This document shows, one piece after another, positions 17,237-21,882 of a stretch of 21,882 nt of DNA. The position numbers and the translations under genes were made by a program. Origin of the DNA: Campylobacterota bacterium (GTDB lineage Bacteria > Campylobacterota > Campylobacteria > Campylobacterales > Sulfurimonadaceae). The notes under the pieces were generated by a model. The model was given only the letters and a program-made list of their open reading frames with translations, ran no database searches and was not told the origin of the DNA. The stretch covers positions 1 through 21,882 of the forward strand of contig JAYEMF010000023.1 in the NCBI GenBank assembly GCA_034717975.1. The letters run 5' to 3'. Each line of letters starts with the position of its first letter. The first letter of the stretch is position 1.

Positions 17237-18404
17237 GAAGCATCTCTTTTAGTTGGATATGGGCACTCAGGTTGGTGCGTGAACGTACCGGAGCAGACGG
17301 AAAATAGTTGACCTGATCCGGTTCGATGATGAGGTAGAGATGTTCCGGACGGTCATAACTGCCTAACGAGAGCCGGTACATAATCTTGGTGTCGTTGATG
17401 TCGTAAAGGCGTTCAAAGTGGATAAATCCGTCATCAAAGCGTTCTGTTTTGCCATTGAGGGCTTTGATCTTCTCCAGGTCATAGCCCTGGGTCTCAAAGC
17501 TGAAATCGCCGGTGAGGTCAAGCGGTTCACTCTCTTCATCGCAGATCATCGTGACATCATAGATGTTCTTTTCCATACGACGCCATCTGTCTTCATACTT
17601 GCTGGTGATGGCGATCTCCTGGTTTTTAAAGATCTCCAGTTTTACTTTGTTGAGCGCGGTAAAGGTCTCATAGGCATACTGGAAGTAGTTCTCACTGTCG
17701 GTGCGAAGTTCCAGCCTCCCACCATGTTTAAGGACACGAATCGCTTCATTGACAAAGGCTTCGCCAATAACACGTCGGTGCAGCTTTTTATCCCAAGGCA
17801 CCGGAAAATGGACATAAATACGACCGACGATATTGGAAGGGACAAACTCCATAAAGAGTCTGGCGTCATAATCGAGAAGGAGGATATTATCCAGTTGCTG
17901 GATATTGATCTGTTTGAGGACCTGCTCAATAGAGGCCTTGTGGATCTCAAGGCCGATAAAGAGGATATCCGGATTCTCCCTGGCCTGATGGAGAAGATGG
18001 CGTCCTGATCCAAAGCCGACTTCGATACGGACCTCTCTGTCTGTCGGAAAATTATCGATGAAGGTATCGATGCTTTTAAGGGCACTGTCGGATGCCAGGT
18101 GCACATTTTTGGCGTTGTCCGGTACATTGGAGTCAAGGACTTCACATTGACTGGCTTTAGCGTAGGTCAGTAATCCTTTATGGATGAAGTAGTTTGCTGA
18201 AGGACGAGTGATCTTGTCACTCTTTAGCAGACTGCTCTCTTGAGACTCCTTAACAAGCAGGAAGAAGGGTTTCTCTTCAATCTTTGCAGCGATGAGATGC
18301 TCATCGGAATGTTCCGTGTTGGTTGCAAGAAAATCAAAGCTTACCCCGTCTATTTCAGCGGGGAGATCGAGTCTTTCGAAGGAGCGGATATGGATATGCG
18401 GCAT
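17229..18404 (-). CDS. trmB: tRNA (guanine-N7)-methyltransferase, long Campylobacterota form
   Basis: Motifs IEVGFGSG, GLEI, HFPVPWDKK.HRR, LRTD and TSKYEDRW. Confidence 0.93.
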   Translation of the reverse strand: MPHIHIRSFERLDLPAEIDGVSFDFLATNTEHSDEHLIAAKIEEKPFFLLVKESQESSLLKSDKITRPSANYFIHKGLLTYAKASQCEVLDSNVPDNAKNVHLASDSALKSIDTFIDNFPTDREVRIEVGFGSGRHLLHQARENPDILFIGLEIHKASIEQVLKQINIQQLDNILLLDYDARLFMEFVPSNIVGRIYVHFPVPWDKKLHRRVIGEAFVNEAIRVLKHGGRLELRTDSENYFQYAYETFTALNKVKLEIFKNQEIAITSKYEDRWRRMEKNIYDVTMICDEESEPLDLTGDFSFETQGYDLEKIKALNGKTERFDDGFIHFERLYDINDTKIMYRLSLGSYDRPEHLYLIIEPDQVNYFPSAPVRSRTNLSAHIQLKEMLHG

Positions 18405-18410
18405 CGGTCT

Positions 18411-19667
18411 CTATTTCGCTTGAAATGAGAATGGTTTGGCTTCCGTCGGCTCAGAACGGATTCCGTGCTTGTCAACAGCGACGACCTGGTATTCGTAACT
18501 GGTGCCTGCAGCGATGTTTAGGTCGTTAAAGTGTGTTTCCCGGATATCAGTTATCTCTTCTATCTCTGAAGTGACCCAACTTGTTCTGATCGTTTTGATA
18601 ACAACATAAGAGACAGTTCTCTGATCACCTCTGCTCCAGCTCAGGCGATAGATGTTATCTTTAAAGCTGGCCTTGACCATATCCGGTTTTGTGAGTTTGA
18701 TCAGTGAAGAGCCCATTGTCGGAATATTGTCGAGGAGACTTTCAAGACCATCTTTATCGACAGCGGTGACTTTATAAAAATAGACCTGGCCATCTTCGCT
18801 GACCTTATCAATAAACTCTGTTTTTGTTAACTTGACATGGTAGTCATAGCTTCCATCTTCACTCTCTGAACGGTAGAGGCGATAGTGGTCAAAATCAGCT
18901 TCCTGACTTGCTTCCCAGCGGATGCTGATCTGTTTGGCCTGGTTTCTGGTTGCTCGTAGATCCTTAACAGTTGCCGGCAGAGGTTTGGTGATGACTTTAA
19001 CCTGGTCGGATGGGGTAGAAAGAACATCGTCAAAGGTGCGAACCCGTAAACGATAATAGTAGAGTGCGTTGTCATCGAGATCGGTGTCAATAAATTCAGC
19101 ATTCAGACGCCCTTGAAGCGTCTGTATCTCTTGCCATTCACCGTCGTTACCATCGCGGCGCTCTAGAACATAATATTTGACACTGAGATTGGTGTGGGGA
19201 CGCCAGATTAGTTTGGCACGTCTGGGGAGGTTTCCGATCGAGCGAAAAAAGCTGACAGAAGTCAATACCGGAAGCGTATTGACGGTATGCGTCTTGCTTC
19301 CTTTAGATTGGGTCAGTTCATCGCTGAATGTTGTAAAACGGTACTGGTAACGGGTATCTGGTTTAACTGTCTCATCGGAGTAGTGTGTCGAGAAGCGATT
19401 GTCAATAATAGCAATACGAGACAGTTTTGGATCTTCAGCAGCAGGTTCACCCCGGTAGATATAAATGCCATTGACCCTCTGGTCATCAATGCTTTTCCAC
19501 TCAAAAGCAATCGCATGCATATCGGCAATATTACCATTGATAGAGACAACTGGAAGGCTTGGATCAGTCTGCAGTTCCGCTGCAGGTTTCGGGTCTAACG
19601 TACTACAGCCGCTAAAGAAGCTGGCTGTTAAAGCTATGCTCAATATACTCGAAGTGAGTAGTTTCAT
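18411..19667 (-). CDS. flpA: Fibronectin type III repeat lipoprotein (FlpA-like)
   Basis: Lipobox FFSGC and about four FN3-like repeats (W...Y.+YR ... Y.Y.V.AVD..G.ES). Same rluD/trmB context as Campylobacter flpA. Confidence 0.8.
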   Translation of the reverse strand: MKLLTSSILSIALTASFFSGCSTLDPKPAAELQTDPSLPVVSINGNIADMHAIAFEWKSIDDQRVNGIYIYRGEPAAEDPKLSRIAIIDNRFSTHYSDETVKPDTRYQYRFTTFSDELTQSKGSKTHTVNTLPVLTSVSFFRSIGNLPRRAKLIWRPHTNLSVKYYVLERRDGNDGEWQEIQTLQGRLNAEFIDTDLDDNALYYYRLRVRTFDDVLSTPSDQVKVITKPLPATVKDLRATRNQAKQISIRWEASQEADFDHYRLYRSESEDGSYDYHVKLTKTEFIDKVSEDGQVYFYKVTAVDKDGLESLLDNIPTMGSSLIKLTKPDMVKASFKDNIYRLSWSRGDQRTVSYVVIKTIRTSWVTSEIEEITDIRETHFNDLNIAAGTSYEYQVVAVDKHGIRSEPTEAKPFSFQAK

Positions 19668-20583
19668 CTAAAATTTCCTTCTCATAATGCTTATCTAAAT
19701 AGGTCTGCATCTCTGCATCGATCGGTGCAGTGAAACGCATGGTTTTTTTTGTTGTCGGATGGGTGAAATACAATATATATGCATGAAGCAAAATACGTGC
19801 CATTGTACCTTTGCTGCTCTTAACACCATATAAATGATCGCCGATGATGTGACGGCTGATGGTTTCGAGGTGCACGCGGATCTGATGGGTGCGTCCTGTA
19901 AAGAGTTTACAGGCAATGAGCTCGTGCTTTTCATCTCTGCTCAACGCCAGTTTTTTAAAACTGGTTTTGGCACTTTTCCCTGTTTCAACATGTGCCATTT
20001 TCAGACGGTTTTGAGCGCTACGTCCAATGGGTTTGTCGATGGTCGTCAGATCCTCTTTCATTGGCGGCGTGATCACGGCAAGATAGTAGCGTCCCATGCT
20101 TTTGTCCTGAAGCTGTAAAGAGAGTGCCTCATGTGCTTCGTTGTTCTTGGCGATGACCATGACTCCGCTGGTCCCTTTGTCGAGGCGGTGAACGATACCG
20201 TGACGCTCTTCACCGCTGATCGTAGAGAGGCGGATGTTTTTCATTTTCAGCCAGTCTACGAGGGTGGCATCTTTGACGCTGGGTGCTGGGTGAACAGTAA
20301 TGCCGCTTGGTTTATTGATGACCATCAGGTCATCATCCTCATACAGGACCTCGACATCAAAGTTGACGTCCAGCGCCGGCGTACTTTTCGCTTCAGGAAA
20401 AATGATGGTCACAACCTGATCTGTTTTGAGTTTAAGCCCGGGTTTGATTACATTTTTTTTATCTACGCTGACAGCATCTTGTTTGATGAGCTGAACGATC
20501 TGATTCCGGGTGACATCGAGCATCTTGCTTAAAAAAGTGTCGAGTCGTTCAGGGTCGCTGACGGTAAAAGTACTGCTGTTCAT
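19612..20583 (-). CDS. rluD: RluA-family 23S rRNA pseudouridine synthase (RluD-like, with S4 domain)
   Basis: Motifs ERLDTFL (S4), VINKPSGITVHP, GIVHRLDKGTSG and TGRTHQIRVH. The likely start is ATG at 20583; the track start at 20721 would overlap rodA. Confidence 0.88.
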   Translation of the reverse strand: MNSSTFTVSDPERLDTFLSKMLDVTRNQIVQLIKQDAVSVDKKNVIKPGLKLKTDQVVTIIFPEAKSTPALDVNFDVEVLYEDDDLMVINKPSGITVHPAPSVKDATLVDWLKMKNIRLSTISGEERHGIVHRLDKGTSGVMVIAKNNEAHEALSLQLQDKSMGRYYLAVITPPMKEDLTTIDKPIGRSAQNRLKMAHVETGKSAKTSFKKLALSRDEKHELIACKLFTGRTHQIRVHLETISRHIIGDHLYGVKSSKGTMARILLHAYILYFTHPTTKKTMRFTAPIDAEMQTYLDKHYEKEILDETTHFEYIEHSFNSQLL

Positions 20584-20600
20584 TATTGTGAGGCCTTTTA

Positions 20601-20617
20601 TGATACAATCTGTATCA
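20601..20617. promoter_or_regulatory. Palindrome TGATACA-ATC-TGTATCA overlapping putative divergent -10 boxes for rodA and rluD
   Basis: Perfect 7-bp inverted repeat containing TGaTACAAT (+); TATCAT (-) overlaps its left arm. Confidence 0.5.
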
Positions 20618-20659
20618 AATTTTTTGGCTTTAAAAGCCTGATCTTGGGGAGTTGAACCG

Positions 20660-21769
20660 GTGTGGAAAATTGATCGCCGTATTTTAACACATTTTGATTT
20701 TCTCTCTATGCTTCTGATCATACCTTTGATCCTTATATCGGGTTGGCTGATCGGTGAGATCCATCCTGTATTGGCTCATAAACATACTGTCTATGTTCTG
20801 GTCGGTATTGCTGTCTTTATACTCTTTTTTCTTTTTCCTCTTCGCCGGTTCAGTTGGCTGATCCCACTCTTTTACTGGTTAAACATAGGTCTGCTGATCG
20901 CGGTTGAATTCTTTGGACAGAGCCGATTGGGTGCGAAACGGTGGCTTGAGATCCCTTTTATCAACTATACTTTGCAACCGTCAGAACTGATCAAACCCGC
21001 TTTTATTTTGATGCTTGCCTATCTCATCAGCCGTAATCCTCCTCCATACGGGGGATATAAACTTGTGGATTTTTTGAAGTTCTCTTTTTATATCCTGCTT
21101 CCTTTCATTCTCATTGCCAGAGAACCTGACCTTGGAACGGCAACGGTTTTACTGATAATCGGGATGGGCCTACTGTTTATTGTCGGAGTACACTGGAAGA
21201 TCTGGGCAACACTGGTTGTCGGCTTTGTAGTCTCCATGCCGCTGATCTATACCCAGCTGCATGATTATCAGAAAAAACGGATCAATGATTTTCTGGCCGA
21301 AAAACCGAGTTACCATGTTCAGCAGTCAATTATTGCCATTGGCTCCGGCGGTCTGACCGGACAGAGTAAAGAGGAGGCGACCCAGACTCAGATGAAATTC
21401 CTCCCTATCGCATCGAGTGACTTCATATTTGCCTATGTGGTAGAACGTTTTGGCTTTATTGGTGCACTCTTGCTTATTTCACTCTATGCCGCGATTATCA
21501 TGCATCTGCTGAGTCTGAGTATCTGGAATCAGGATTACTACATTAAAGTGGTCACGGCGGGGATATCACTGCTGATTTTTGTCTATATGAGTATCAATAT
21601 CGCCATGACGATTGGATTTGCCCCGGTAGTCGGTGTACCCCTGCCCATGTTCAGCTACGGGGGCAGCAGTTTTGTCAATTTTATGATCCTTTTTGCGATA
21701 ATGCAGAATCTGGTGACGTTTCGATTTCGGGATATGTACGATGCCCGTGGCAAAAAAAGCTTTGTCTAA
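20660..21769 (+). CDS. rodA: Rod shape-determining SEDS glycosyltransferase RodA
   Basis: Motifs GAKRWL, LQPSELIK, EPDLGT, QQSIIAIGSGG, SDFIFA and GVPLPMFSYGGSS. GTG start after a GGGAG RBS. Confidence 0.93.
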   Translation: MWKIDRRILTHFDFLSMLLIIPLILISGWLIGEIHPVLAHKHTVYVLVGIAVFILFFLFPLRRFSWLIPLFYWLNIGLLIAVEFFGQSRLGAKRWLEIPFINYTLQPSELIKPAFILMLAYLISRNPPPYGGYKLVDFLKFSFYILLPFILIAREPDLGTATVLLIIGMGLLFIVGVHWKIWATLVVGFVVSMPLIYTQLHDYQKKRINDFLAEKPSYHVQQSIIAIGSGGLTGQSKEEATQTQMKFLPIASSDFIFAYVVERFGFIGALLLISLYAAIIMHLLSLSIWNQDYYIKVVTAGISLLIFVYMSINIAMTIGFAPVVGVPLPMFSYGGSSFVNFMILFAIMQNLVTFRFRDMYDARGKKSFV

Positions 21770-21781
21770 AGATAATGAGCG

Positions 21782-21787
21782 TATAAT
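21782..21787 (+). promoter_or_regulatory. Sigma70 -10 box for the tRNA
   Basis: Perfect TATAAT, 18 nt upstream of the tRNA 5' end. Confidence 0.65.
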
Positions 21788-21805
21788 TTCGGTCTTTTTA
21801 AAAAA

Positions 21806-21882
21806 GGGTCTTTAGCTCAGTTGGTTAGAGCCCCCGGCTCATAACCGGGTGGTCGAGAGTTCGAGTCTCTCAGGACCCACCA
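21806..21882 (+). tRNA. tRNA with CAU anticodon, most likely tRNA-Ile2 (lysidine-modified); elongator Met is less likely
   Basis: 77 nt: acceptor stem GGGTCTT/AGGACCC, D arm GCTC/GAGC, anticodon arm CCCGG-CTCATAA-CCGGG, T loop TTCGAGT, encoded CCA. G1:C72 is paired, so it is not the initiator. The pattern resembles known bacterial Ile2 tRNAs. Confidence 0.9.

Noticed and set aside
17418..18008. 196-aa + strand ORF, plus other antisense or alternate-frame ORFs (6667-7086, 7306-7761, 10330-10779, 20131-20532, 17642-18145, etc.)
   Set aside because: They lie on top of well-conserved genes and have no recognisable motifs; typical shadow ORFs.
17229..18404. TrmB is much longer than the E. coli enzyme
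   Set aside because: The ~390-aa form is standard in Campylobacter/Helicobacter relatives.
1..21882. CRISPR arrays, IS elements, integrases, prophage or defence genes
   Set aside because: None seen; the window is almost fully occupied by identifiable genes and no spacer is long enough for an array.

Overview
A gene-dense chromosomal window from a Campylobacterota (epsilonproteobacterial) bacterium, probably Sulfurimonas/Sulfuricurvum-like; the taxonomy is inferred from gene order and protein style. The left ~12 kb is one tightly coupled minus-strand run: argG, a ferredoxin-thioredoxin-reductase/rhodanese fusion, rplI, hslV, hslU, era, pgp2/csd6, pgp1/csd4, then an MSHA/Cts-like type IV pilus/secretin cluster (mshI-J-K-L-M-like, running off the left edge). 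The middle holds a sigma28-driven flaG-fliS pair lacking the usual fliD, and a divergent, apparently leaderless MFS transporter with a small hypothetical gene. The right holds the conserved rluD-flpA-trmB-ftsE-ftsX-envC operon, divergent rodA and a CAU-anticodon tRNA (probably Ile2). No mobile elements or CRISPR arrays were seen. The best novelty candidate is the FTR-catalytic-subunit/rhodanese fusion, a possible ferredoxin-dependent persulfide/polysulfide reductase. Next are the coupling of cell-shape peptidoglycan hydrolases to the pilus operon, the His-type Csd4 zinc site, the missing fliD, and a structured intergenic region after fliS.
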